Shown: positions 50,588-59,855 of the stretch, piece by piece
Numbering within the stretch: position 1 is the stretch's first letter
Layout of the letters: each line of letters starts with the position of its first letter
NCBI GenBank assembly: GCA_964418485.1
Contig: CAYQMH010000001.1
Location: forward strand, 29,237-93,236
Origin: an uncultured bacterium
Lineage (GTDB): Bacteria; Hydrothermota; UBA3072
DNA length: 64,000 bases
Direction: 5' to 3'
Program-made: the position numbers and the translations under genes
Notes under the pieces: generated by a model
Told to the model about the DNA's origin: nothing
Database searches by the model: none
What the model saw: the letters and a program-made list of their open reading frames with translations, nothing else

Positions 50588-51145
50588 ATGGGGAAATTTC
50601 TTTTTAAATATAGATCCTTTTTTCCGGTTCCGTATTTTTTGTTTTTATTAATTGTTATAGAATTCAGATCCTTGAGTTTCTTTCTGGGTAGTTTTATAGT
50701 TCTTTTAGGCCTTCTAATACGTTTCTTTTCGCAAGGATTCGCGGGTGATTGGATGAGAGGAAGTGAAGTTGGGGCTTTCTATATGCTTGATGAGGGAGTC
50801 TATAGTATTATGCGCAATCCTTTATACGTGGGTAATTTTTTTATCGGGTTTGGTTTTACTTTAGCTTCTAATTTTTTTCTTATTTTTCTTTTTCCTTTTT
50901 ATTCGCTTATATTCTCAATATACTATTATTTGATTATCAAAGAGGAAGAAAGTTATCTTGAGAGGAAATTCGGAGAAGAGTTTATTCAGTATCGCAAAAG
51001 CACACCTGCTTTCCTTCCGAATTTTCGCAAATGGAAAACAGGGCAATTTTTGAGTAGAAATGCCCTGCGTATGGAGAGTAGTACTTACCTTACGGTTGGT
51101 TTTATTTTTGTTTTGTTTTTGATTAAAGTTTATATTTTTGATTGA
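50588..51145 (+). CDS. Isoprenylcysteine carboxyl methyltransferase (ICMT)/phospholipid methyltransferase-family membrane protein
   Basis: The 185-aa polytopic protein has the RNPLY motif and C-terminal EE..L...FG.EF..Y pattern of the ICMT/PEMT family. The ORF-track N-terminal extension (GTG at 50483) reads through the repeat. Confidence 0.6.
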   Translation: MGKFLFKYRSFFPVPYFLFLLIVIEFRSLSFFLGSFIVLLGLLIRFFSQGFAGDWMRGSEVGAFYMLDEGVYSIMRNPLYVGNFFIGFGFTLASNFFLIFLFPFYSLIFSIYYYLIIKEEESYLERKFGEEFIQYRKSTPAFLPNFRKWKTGQFLSRNALRMESSTYLTVGFIFVLFLIKVYIFD

Positions 51146-51179
51146 AGACAGCTTTTGAACTTTTTGCATGACGACTCAA

Positions 51180-52601
51180 TCACTGAAGAATGATAGCTTT
51201 CTTCCTGTATATATTATCTCCTATCTCTACTCTGACAAAGTAAATGCCGTTCTTTCCATTCCACTGGAGATTATAGCTGCCGGAAGGTCTGACTTCATTC
51301 ATTATCTTTTCCATTCTCTGCCCAAGAATGTTAAATATTTCCACCTTTACTCTTTTTTCTTCCAGAAGAGAAAAATTAATATTAATTCCGGAATTTATGT
51401 TAATAAGGGAAACTCCTTCCTCTAAAATTTCATTTTCATCATCTTCTGAACTACCGGTATATTTGATGATATAAAGACCATCGTCCCTATCCGCAACGTA
51501 GGCGAGGCTGTCGACAACGTAGGCACCGGAGGCCTCACTCCCCGTATCATAATACCCAATCTCGACCGGGCTTGTCGGGTCACTCACGTCAATGATACGT
51601 AAACCATTGAAACCGGCTGCAACGTAGGCGAGGCTGTCGACAACATAAACACCTGAGGCTTCAATCTCTGTATCATAGATACCAATCCAAAACGGGCTTG
51701 TTGGGTCACTCACGTCTATGATATGTAGACCATTGGAAGAAGCTGCAACGTAGGCGAGACTGTCGACAACGTAAACACCCTTGGCCCAAATTCCCGGATC
51801 ATAGTACCCAATTTCAACCGGATTTGAAGGGTCACTCACGTTTATGATACGTAGACCATCTGAGTTATCCGCAACGTAGGCGAGGCTGTCGACAACGTAA
51901 ACATCTTGGGCCCAACTCTCCGTATCATAATACCCAATCTCAACGGGGCTTGTCGGGTCACTTACGTCTATGATACGCAGACCATCTAAACCGGCTGCAA
52001 CGTAGGCGAGGCTGTCGATAACGTAAACGTCGGAGGTGGTGCTTCCCGTATAATAGTGGCTAATCTCAATTGGGCTTGTAGGGTCACTTACGTCTATGAT
52101 ATAAAGACCATCCCGGAAATCAGCAACATAGGCGAGACTGTCGACAGCGTAAACACCGTAGGACCAATACCCAATATCATAGTAGCCAATCTCGACCGGA
52201 CTTGTCGGATTACTCACGTCAATGATACGTAGACCATCCCAGTAACTCGCAACATAGGCGAGGCTGTCGATGACGTAGATATCCATAACTTGAGATGGAC
52301 ATCTAATTTTACCAATAGTGGTGGGATTTGAAGGGTTAGTTACGTTAAGTATCCTCAGATAGCCTCCATCTCCTATGAACACAAGACTGTCAATTGTAAA
52401 TACAGCTTCAGATGGACCGCTGAACCATCCACCTACAAGAGTACAGTCCAATGAATCACCCCTGAAGTTTTCACGGGTCCAATTCTCATTCACAGGTCTT
52501 CTATCTAACTCAATCTTTCTGTGAGATGTTTGGGCAAATAAACTGACAGTCCCGAAAAATATTAATAATACAACAATTGTATTTTGAATTAAGCGTCTCA
52601 T
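51180..52601 (-). CDS. LVIVD-repeat beta-propeller protein with T9SS C-terminal sorting domain
   Basis: It has a signal peptide and about 9 tandem ~40-aa repeats (DSLAYVA...DGLRIIDVSDPTSPVEIGYYDT). The C-terminal tail is Por-secretion-like (...GIYFVRVEIGDNIYRKKAIILQ). Confidence 0.75.
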   Translation of the reverse strand: MRRLIQNTIVVLLIFFGTVSLFAQTSHRKIELDRRPVNENWTRENFRGDSLDCTLVGGWFSGPSEAVFTIDSLVFIGDGGYLRILNVTNPSNPTTIGKIRCPSQVMDIYVIDSLAYVASYWDGLRIIDVSNPTSPVEIGYYDIGYWSYGVYAVDSLAYVADFRDGLYIIDVSDPTSPIEISHYYTGSTTSDVYVIDSLAYVAAGLDGLRIIDVSDPTSPVEIGYYDTESWAQDVYVVDSLAYVADNSDGLRIINVSDPSNPVEIGYYDPGIWAKGVYVVDSLAYVAASSNGLHIIDVSDPTSPFWIGIYDTEIEASGVYVVDSLAYVAAGFNGLRIIDVSDPTSPVEIGYYDTGSEASGAYVVDSLAYVADRDDGLYIIKYTGSSEDDENEILEEGVSLININSGININFSLLEEKRVKVEIFNILGQRMEKIMNEVRPSGSYNLQWNGKNGIYFVRVEIGDNIYRKKAIILQ

Positions 52602-52894
52602 ACCCCCTCCTTTGTTATTGAAATTAAGTTATCTTCATTTATATAAATTATTTATTTAATTTAAAACGTCAACCCTGGTTAGCCAGAAAGACACTAAGAC
52701 ACGAAGATCAAAAAATTTTAAGTTGACAATGATGTGATTTTTTTTATAATATTTTTGTATATGGAATTAACCAGAAATATTGAAATCAGTTTTTATTGCC
52801 TGACGATGGAGTGTTTATGATTAATATTAGTACATATAAACTATGTTAGCCATACGAGTAGAAACAGTAAAGTAAAAATAAACTGGAGATTTAG

Positions 52895-53395
52895 ATGATC
52901 ATAAGAGAAGAAACTACATCAGACATTGAGGCAATCACCCAGGTCACAATAGCTGCCTTCAGGGCGCTCCCAATAAGCAATCACACTGAGCAATTCATAA
53001 TCAAGGCATTACGCGCCGCAGGCGCACTTACTTTATCGCTTGTGGCAGAAATTGATGGGCGTGTTGTCGGACATGTTGCTTTTTCACCTGTAATAATTTC
53101 TGACGGCACAAAAGACTGGTACGGCCTAGGACCTGTTTCAGTGTTGCCGGAGTACCAGCGGAAGGGTATTGGTAAAGCCCTGATACGGGAAGGACTATCA
53201 CGATTGAAAGCCCTGGACGCCAGAGGCTGCTGTCTGGTCGGGCATCCGGAGTACTACAGGAAATTTGGATTTGAGAATGTTGCCGGACTTGTTGTCGAGG
53301 GTGTTCCACAAGAGGTGTTTTTCGCTCTTTTGTTTGATGAGCATATTCCGCATGGTAATGTCATATTCCATGAAGGATTCAAAGCAAATAGTTAA
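52895..53395 (+). CDS. GNAT-family N-acetyltransferase (YhbS-like), anomalously GC-rich
   Basis: It is similar along its length to E. coli YhbS (VAFSPV...LPEYQRKGIGKALIREGL). GC is visibly about 47-50% against 35-40% for its neighbours. Confidence 0.8.
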   Translation: MIIREETTSDIEAITQVTIAAFRALPISNHTEQFIIKALRAAGALTLSLVAEIDGRVVGHVAFSPVIISDGTKDWYGLGPVSVLPEYQRKGIGKALIREGLSRLKALDARGCCLVGHPEYYRKFGFENVAGLVVEGVPQEVFFALLFDEHIPHGNVIFHEGFKANS

Positions 53396-53747
53396 CAACC
53401 GCATCAACTCAGGATAACAATTCCGCTGTGCTTCATTGCCAACTGGTTATGCGGAACGTTAAGGTTCAAAGAACCTTTTACCGATAAAGAAAACAACATT
53501 AATTGCTTGGATAAGTATACTTGACAGAGTGAAAACTTAAATTATCATGTTAAAGTAATTGTTTTGATAATATGAATAAGAATTATTATGAAATTTTTGA
53601 AAATCCTAAAGGAATTCTACAGCCGACTGAGACCGCATCGTTATAAATATAATGCTGTTTTGTGGCAAAGTTTCGGCAGTTGAAACTTAATGTTGTGTAA
53701 GATGTAAAATTTTAAGAAAAATAGTCGAAAATGGGGGATATATTACG

Positions 53748-55703
53748 ATGCGTAGAACTTTATTAATGTTAAGTATTTTGATGATAATTTTATTTAGTTA
53801 TCAATTCGTCTATGGTCAATGTGATTTCCCAGATTATTTGGAATCTGAAAGTTGGGATGATGTTTCTTTATGGGAGTCAATCCCTAAGCAAGGTTGTACA
53901 ATAGAAGTGCTACCTTATTCAGGATGTAATGAAGATGGGATAGAAATTTATTATTCTTTACTTCCCGATACTGGATGGGTTATTATGAGGAAAGATTCAA
54001 TTTCAGGATATAGCGAAGACAATCCCATTGTTTTACTAATTAAAGCAAAAGCATATAGCGATATGGAATTAAAGTTTGTTGATGAGGATGGTACCGTCTT
54101 CGGTAAAAGATATTCCATCGAAGATAGGTATGATGATTGGACGAGTATTGTTATTTATTTAGATGATACGAAATATTGGTGGGGTGGCGATTCTACTTTT
54201 CATAATTTAGAGAGTTTTGAGATTGCATTTTCAGCAGGTGACTCCGGTCATGTTTGGATTGATGAAATAGGTATTGGTAAACAAGGATTACTAACAGGGT
54301 TGTTTTTAGATCCATACAGAATTTTAGAAGGGATTGGGTTCAAACAGCGTCGACATGAATATATGATACAAGAAGATTCTTTAGTAATTGAATACCTTAA
54401 AGCAATGCAGGATGCGTCTCCTAATGATAGTACGGTTGGTTCATACTATGGTGATGATAGTTTTCATACATTCGATAACAGTCTGGTTGCGATAGCGTTT
54501 ATATTAAAAAAGGAAATGACTCGAGCAAAAAGGATTCTTGATTTTTATGCTAATGCGATTGATACTAATAACACGGAAATAAGAAAGCAAAATTTTTATT
54601 ATAGACCGACTCTTAGTGACACAGTTATGATGAGAGGATTCTATCAACGTACACTTTTTGAAAATTATTTTGCTAAAGATTCCTGTGATAGATGGATTGG
54701 GGACATGGCGTGGTTGTATTTGGCATTTAAGCTTTATGATAATGAATCTGATTCGGACATGTATCTTAATATTAGATCGCTGATAGTGGATCTTTTTTTG
54801 CGTTTCTATAAAGATGAAGGTGATTGTGGCTATATAATGACTGGTTGGCAAAAACTTGACAGCGAATTCGATAGCACTGGGCATTATGAAGGAAACATTG
54901 ATTGTTATGCGGTATTGAAAGACTATGAGGAGGAAGAGAAAGCACAAGAGATAAAAAAATGGTTAGATAAAGAATTAGATGGAAAAAATGATTTACCTTT
55001 AGACCTGTATAGTTGGCGTGTGTTGGCTTATGGTAAAGGTTATGAAAGTATCCTTAATATTCCTGAATATGATTTTAGATATAGAAAGATTATGGAAATA
55101 AATAGTGATAGTTTAATGGGTTTTTTTACCGGGCCTAACATAGAGGTTGATAATATCTGGGTGGAAGGGACTGCTCATATGGCTTGTGCTTTTTTGGTTT
55201 ATGGCGATACACAGCGGGGATATTTTTATGCTAATCAATTAGATTTATTGTTGATTGAGAATATTATTGATGGTAAACTAACGCATACATTGCCTTATGT
55301 CGTCAACAGAACAGGTGGTTTTTCTGGAGTTGATACGGCTAAGGGAAGTGTATCTGCCGCTGCTTGGTATATTATTGCCAAAAATGAGCTAAATCCAATG
55401 GATCCTCCTGATCCTTCGGGTACCCTCCAGATTCCAAGAGTTCTTACGCTCTATCAAAATTGCCTTAATCCATTCAATCTATTCACTAAAATATCCTATT
55501 CAATACCAAATTCAGATTTTGTGACGTTGAAAGTTTATGATATTATTGGAAGGGAAATTAAAACTTTAGTCAATGAAGTTCAAAAATCGGGAGAATATTC
55601 CATTAATTTTGATGCAAGTGGTTTATCAAGTGGTATCTATTTTTACAGATTACAAGTAGGAAAGAATTTCACAGATACAAAAAAGATGTTACTGTTGCGG
55701 TAG
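53748..55703 (+). CDS. Secreted protein of unknown function with canonical T9SS (Por) C-terminal sorting domain; AT-rich
   Basis: It has a signal peptide MRRTLLMLSILMIILFS and a C-terminal ~80-aa CTD (...LYQNCLNPFN...LKVYDIIGREIKTLVNE...SGIYFYRLQVGKNFTDTKKMLLLR). Confidence 0.65.
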   Translation: MRRTLLMLSILMIILFSYQFVYGQCDFPDYLESESWDDVSLWESIPKQGCTIEVLPYSGCNEDGIEIYYSLLPDTGWVIMRKDSISGYSEDNPIVLLIKAKAYSDMELKFVDEDGTVFGKRYSIEDRYDDWTSIVIYLDDTKYWWGGDSTFHNLESFEIAFSAGDSGHVWIDEIGIGKQGLLTGLFLDPYRILEGIGFKQRRHEYMIQEDSLVIEYLKAMQDASPNDSTVGSYYGDDSFHTFDNSLVAIAFILKKEMTRAKRILDFYANAIDTNNTEIRKQNFYYRPTLSDTVMMRGFYQRTLFENYFAKDSCDRWIGDMAWLYLAFKLYDNESDSDMYLNIRSLIVDLFLRFYKDEGDCGYIMTGWQKLDSEFDSTGHYEGNIDCYAVLKDYEEEEKAQEIKKWLDKELDGKNDLPLDLYSWRVLAYGKGYESILNIPEYDFRYRKIMEINSDSLMGFFTGPNIEVDNIWVEGTAHMACAFLVYGDTQRGYFYANQLDLLLIENIIDGKLTHTLPYVVNRTGGFSGVDTAKGSVSAAAWYIIAKNELNPMDPPDPSGTLQIPRVLTLYQNCLNPFNLFTKISYSIPNSDFVTLKVYDIIGREIKTLVNEVQKSGEYSINFDASGLSSGIYFYRLQVGKNFTDTKKMLLLR

Positions 55704-55704
55704 T

Positions 55705-56060
55705 ATTAACAGCGTCAGATATTGAAATGTGAAAAGGAAACGTAGTCTCTAGTCTTCAGTCACCAGTCATTAGTCAAAGAAAACAAACAAAAAATCTTGT
55801 GATAATCTGTGTCAACAGGGTCAGACATTGAAATGTGAAAAGCTTTTGTGGATTCTTCGAATCCAAGTTAAATGGTTGAATAAAAAAACAGTTAAATTGT
55901 AACAACAAAATTACAATAACTACATGTCCTACATGTGAAAAAATTGGGTAGGGTTGGGTAAAATAACCTAATATTTCTTTTTTTCTCCGTGTTTCTGTGT
56001 CTCCGTGTGATGATTTTTTTGGTGGTGGGTGGTGGTGGCTTGACAAGCATTGAAAATGTA
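55705..56060. repeat. Intergenic repeat block: 29-bp direct repeat aacag(c/g)gtcaga(t/c)attgaaatgtgaaaag x2, GTCACCAGTCATTAGTC motif, composite-repeat fragment with GGTGGTGGCTTGACA
   Basis: The direct-repeat copies are at 55708-55736 and 55814-55842. ctccgtgtttctgtgtctccgtgtg...ggtgggtggtggtggcTTGACAagc lies at about 55985-56046. Confidence 0.6.
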
Positions 56061-56120
56061 TTACATATAACGGAAAATTTGTCGTTTATCAATCCAATAA
56101 TTCTAAAGGAGGGAAATGTT

Positions 56121-58268
56121 ATGGAAAATGTTTTCTGGTTAGTGCCCGGTATTTCGGTAATCGCACTGCTTTTCGCATGGTTCTTTTATTCGCAGATGAT
56201 GAAGAAAGAAGAAGGAACTCCGAGGATGATCGAAATCGCTAATGCCGTAAGGGAGGGCGCTCTCAGTTATTTAAAAGTCCAGGACAGCGTTGTGGCGATT
56301 TTCCTTGTTGTAATGGCTATTCTTTTTGCTGTTCTTGCTTTCGGGCTTGGAGTACAATCTAAGTGGATTCCACTCGTTTTCTTACTTGGTGGTTTTCTTT
56401 CGGGGCTTTCGGGATTCCTGGGAATGAAAACCGCGACGAAGGCTGCAGTCAGAGTAACAAACGCTGCCAGGGATTCTCTGGGTTCCGCCTTAAGTATTGC
56501 TTTCAGGAGCGGTTCAGTTATGGGTCTTTCAGTTGTCGGTTCGTCTCTTCTCGGTATATCTATATTGTTCGCGATATTTTATTTTGGGTTGGGGTTGCCT
56601 CTTGTTGAGGTTACAAGTATTATGCTCGGATTCGGTATTGGCGCGAGTTTTGTTGCTCTTTTTGCCAGAGTGGGAGGAGGAATTTATACCAAAGCCGCCG
56701 ATGTCGGAGCTGACCTGGTAGGTAAGGTTGAGGCTGGGATTCCCGAAGATGATCCCAGAAATCCGGCGACTATCGCAGATAACGTCGGAGATAATGTCGG
56801 AGATGTTGCAGGCATGGGAGCTGATTTATATGAATCTTATTCCGACGCGGTTGTAGCTACTATGGCTCTCGGGGTCGCGGCGGGTCTTGGAATAAATGGA
56901 GTTCTTGAGCCTCTGCTCATTGCCGGCGCGGGCATATTGTTTTCCATATTGGGAATTTTTCTCGTCCGGGCCGGAAAAGAAGCCACCCAGCACAGTCTTA
57001 TTCAATCTCTTTCAAGAGGTATAAACTTTGCTATGATTGCGACGGGAATCCTTGCGATATTTGTAGTGAATTTTATTACACCGGATAAGATGGGGGTAAT
57101 TGGTTCGATATTGGTGGGACTTGTAGCGGGTACGATTATAGGAAAAGCAACGGAGTTTTACACATCTTCCGCTTTTTCTCCCGTTCGTAAGCTTTCTGCT
57201 TCGGCAAAGTCAGGACCTGCGACTTTGATAATCGACGGTTTAGCCCTGGGTCTCAATTCTACGGTTATTCCTGTTGTAACAGTAGCTGTATCTATAATAC
57301 TCGCGTTTGCCTTCGCGGGAGGATTTAATAGTTTTATAATGGGTTTGTACGGCGTTGGTCTCGCGGCTGTCGGTATGTTGTCGACTCTTGGTATTACTCT
57401 TGCTTCGGACGCGTATGGTCCGATTGCCGATAACGCGGGCGGGATAGCGGAGATGAGTGAATTAGGTAAGGAAGTCAGAATAAAAACAGATCAGCTTGAC
57501 GCGCTCGGTAATACAACTGCCGCAACAGGTAAAGGTTTCGCGATAGGTTCTGCTGCTTTTACGGCGCTGGCTTTGATTGCGGCATATTTAACAGAAATTA
57601 AAATGGCTTTGACACGGCTTGGAGTAGAGGTTATTAATATTGGGGAACGAGTTGTAAGTGTCAGTAGTGTTACTTTTCTGGAGCTCTCAGACTATTACAA
57701 TTTAAGTCTTCTCAATCCGACTCTTCTTGCGAGTCTTTTGATTGGCGCGGTTATTACTTTTCTTTTCTGCGGTATGACTATGAGTTCCGTAGGGAAAACA
57801 GCCCAGTCGGTAATAGGTGAAGTTAGAGAGCAATTTAAGGATAAAGATATACTTGCCGGTAAGAAAAAACCCGATTATGCGCGAACGGTCGCCATCGTTA
57901 CAAAGGCAGCACAGAAGCAGATGATAATTCCTTCGTTGATAGCGATAATCTCTCCGATACTTATAGGTTGGGTTTTCGGAGTTTCGGGTGTTATTGGTTT
58001 TCTTGTGGGAGCTCTTGCCTCCGGATTCTCTATGGCTGTGTTTATGGCTAACGCGGGCGGAGCTTTTGATAACGCGAAGAAATATATAGAAGAAGGAGCG
58101 CACGGCGGAAAGGGTTCTGACACTCATAAGGCAGCGGTTACGGGAGATACTTTAGGTGATCCGATGAAGGATACTTCCGGACCTTCACTTAATATTCTGA
58201 TAAAACTGATGAGTATTCTTTCGGTAATCACAGCCGGTTTTGTTGTGGCCTTTAGCCTTTTTAAATAA
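56121..58268 (+). CDS. hppA: Membrane-bound K+-dependent H+/Na+-translocating pyrophosphatase
   Basis: The 715-aa polytopic protein is full-length similar to V-type PPase. GNTTAA (Ala) indicates the K+-dependent type. RBS aaggaggg precedes the ATG at 56121. The ORF-track N-terminal extension was rejected. Confidence 0.9.
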   Translation: MENVFWLVPGISVIALLFAWFFYSQMMKKEEGTPRMIEIANAVREGALSYLKVQDSVVAIFLVVMAILFAVLAFGLGVQSKWIPLVFLLGGFLSGLSGFLGMKTATKAAVRVTNAARDSLGSALSIAFRSGSVMGLSVVGSSLLGISILFAIFYFGLGLPLVEVTSIMLGFGIGASFVALFARVGGGIYTKAADVGADLVGKVEAGIPEDDPRNPATIADNVGDNVGDVAGMGADLYESYSDAVVATMALGVAAGLGINGVLEPLLIAGAGILFSILGIFLVRAGKEATQHSLIQSLSRGINFAMIATGILAIFVVNFITPDKMGVIGSILVGLVAGTIIGKATEFYTSSAFSPVRKLSASAKSGPATLIIDGLALGLNSTVIPVVTVAVSIILAFAFAGGFNSFIMGLYGVGLAAVGMLSTLGITLASDAYGPIADNAGGIAEMSELGKEVRIKTDQLDALGNTTAATGKGFAIGSAAFTALALIAAYLTEIKMALTRLGVEVINIGERVVSVSSVTFLELSDYYNLSLLNPTLLASLLIGAVITFLFCGMTMSSVGKTAQSVIGEVREQFKDKDILAGKKKPDYARTVAIVTKAAQKQMIIPSLIAIISPILIGWVFGVSGVIGFLVGALASGFSMAVFMANAGGAFDNAKKYIEEGAHGGKGSDTHKAAVTGDTLGDPMKDTSGPSLNILIKLMSILSVITAGFVVAFSLFK

Positions 58269-58299
58269 TTAGGAAGATAAGCCGGAAGAAATTCTGCTA

Positions 58300-58433
58300 T
58301 CCGCTAACCGCCGAGGCTGTGCCAAAACCCCCCTTTTCGCAAGTTGCAGAAAACTAAGTTCCTGTTTTTCAAAGGCTTATTTTTTAGAAATCCGTTAAAT
58401 TTGGACTTTTGGCACAGCCTCAGCTGTCAGCGG
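58300..58433. other. Large imperfect hairpin: 27-bp stem (ccgctaaccgccgaggctgtgccaaaa / ttttggcacagcctcagctgtcagcgg) with ~80-nt loop, downstream of hppA
   Basis: The inverted repeat is readable directly, with 23 of 27 positions complementary. GC is higher than in the flanks. Confidence 0.5.
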
Positions 58434-58566
58434 TCGTTTCTTAGTGCATTCGTGGCGAAGTTAAGATTTGGAGTTTTTTGGGTGGAAATTAGTTAAAAAA
58501 ACAAAATAAAAATTGGTGTTTGTGTGGGGGGCTCTGCGTTCTTTGCGTCTTTGTGTGATAATTGTT

Positions 58567-59031
58567 ATGGATTGGAAAAAAGAATTAAAGGAATTTATAG
58601 ATAATAAAACCGTAATTATGGGTATCGGCTCAACCTTAAGGTCCGATGACGGTGTGGGTGTTTTTATCGCAGAAAAACTTAAAAGTATAGGTGTTAGTAA
58701 TGTGATTATCGCTCACCAGACCCCGGAACACTGGCTTGGATTTCTAAGTAAACAGAGTTGCGAGAAGCTTTTAATAATAGATAGCGTTTTATTCGGAGGA
58801 AGAAAAGGAGAAATAAAAATTTTTGGTATTGAGGAAATAAGTGAACGATTCGGTCTTACTCATTCTTCGTCTCTACATCTTTTTTCTGATTTTGTCTCTC
58901 AGGAAGGCTCTGTGAAAGAAATAAGAATTCTTGCTATTATGCCCGAAACTGTCGAGATAGGAGAGTCTTTATCTAAGGTAGTCGCGAGAAGTGCCGGGGA
59001 GATTATCAGTTTCTTTAAGAATCTTCAATAA
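58567..59031 (+). CDS. Hydrogenase maturation endopeptidase-like protein (HycI/HybD family, peptidase A31)
   Basis: GIGSTLRSDDGVGVFIAEKL matches the GxGNxxxxDDGxG motif family. Length is about 154 aa from the ATG at 58567. The upstream TTG extension reads into the repeat. Confidence 0.55.
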   Translation: MDWKKELKEFIDNKTVIMGIGSTLRSDDGVGVFIAEKLKSIGVSNVIIAHQTPEHWLGFLSKQSCEKLLIIDSVLFGGRKGEIKIFGIEEISERFGLTHSSSLHLFSDFVSQEGSVKEIRILAIMPETVEIGESLSKVVARSAGEIISFFKNLQ

Positions 59032-59637
59032 ATCTTTCATTTTGTGTATATTGTAGGTAGCTATCCCTATTTTTGAACTGTTAGGATCGAAGAAACAAGA
59101 TTTTATACCTGATGCGTGAGCGGCTTCTATATCAAGGATTCTATCTCCGACACCCAGAGTTTCTTCTTTTTTTAATTTGTATTTATCGATAATGTAGTTG
59201 AAGCTTGTTGGGTCAGGTTTAAGAGGGAAATTTGCGTCGAAAGTAACAATTTCAATAAAATATTTATTGAAGTCATTTCTCGTTAGAAATTCATTTAAAC
59301 TTTCATATCCCCGGTGAGTTATAAGAAAATTTTCTCCACGTGCCGAAACATATTCAAGTACTTCTTCTACTCCTTCGAATGGTTTGTCTTTAAAAGTCAA
59401 TTCTCCGAAATATCTTTCTTTGTATTTTTCGGAAAATTCTTCCCTATCGATGTTAAACTCATCGGCGAGATTTTCTATACAAAAACTTATGGAAGCTTTC
59501 GCGAGGGAAAAAGCTTTTTCATAATCGTATTCAACCCCATAGTCTTTCTTTAGAACATCGATAAAAGCCCGGGTTATATCGGGGTAAGTATCGAAAAGCG
59601 TTCCGTCGAAATCCCAGATGAGGTTTCTAAAACCCAT
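58969..59637 (-). CDS. HAD-superfamily hydrolase (beta-phosphoglucomutase/phosphatase-like subfamily IA)
   Basis: It has motif I DFDGTLFDT near the N-terminus (start at 59637) and motifs III/IV GVGDRILDIEAAHASG. The ORF-track extension to 59700 is repeat read-through. Confidence 0.75.
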   Translation of the reverse strand: MGFRNLIWDFDGTLFDTYPDITRAFIDVLKKDYGVEYDYEKAFSLAKASISFCIENLADEFNIDREEFSEKYKERYFGELTFKDKPFEGVEEVLEYVSARGENFLITHRGYESLNEFLTRNDFNKYFIEIVTFDANFPLKPDPTSFNYIIDKYKLKKEETLGVGDRILDIEAAHASGIKSCFFDPNSSKIGIATYNIHKMKDLLKILKETDNLPGTSRDYLR

Positions 59638-59639
59638 GC

Positions 59640-59800
59640 CACATCTCACCAAAACCAAATGAACCACAAAGACCGCAGAGAACACAAAGTAAAACAACAA
59701 AAATCATTTTTTTGTTTAGCCCCTCCCCTAAATAGAAATAACGAATTACACAAATAGCACAAATTGTTTTAAAAACAACACCGCAAAGAACGCAGATTTT
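59640..59800. repeat. Copy of composite repeat (CACAAAG/CAGAGAACACAAAG heptads, CCCTCCCC tract, CACAAATAGCACAAA heptads)
   Basis: aaccacaaagaccgcagagaacacaaag...gcccctcccctaaatagaaataacgaattacacaaatagcacaaattg. Confidence 0.6.
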
Positions 59801-59855
59801 GTAAAGTTGAATTTTCGTATAAAGAAAAGTTTTAATAGAATTTTTAACTGCTAAA

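Noticed and set aside
55989-56120. ORF-track N-terminal extensions that read through repeat elements (hppA from 55989, ICMT-like from GTG 50483, HycI-like from TTG 58513, HAD to 59700, GH3 from 25568, GH28 from 61931)
   Set aside because: The extensions translate repeat DNA (Gly/Val/Cys-rich nonsense such as VVGGGGL and GGWVGSV). Good RBS-preceded internal ATGs exist at 56121, 50588, 58567, 59637, 25634 and 61985.
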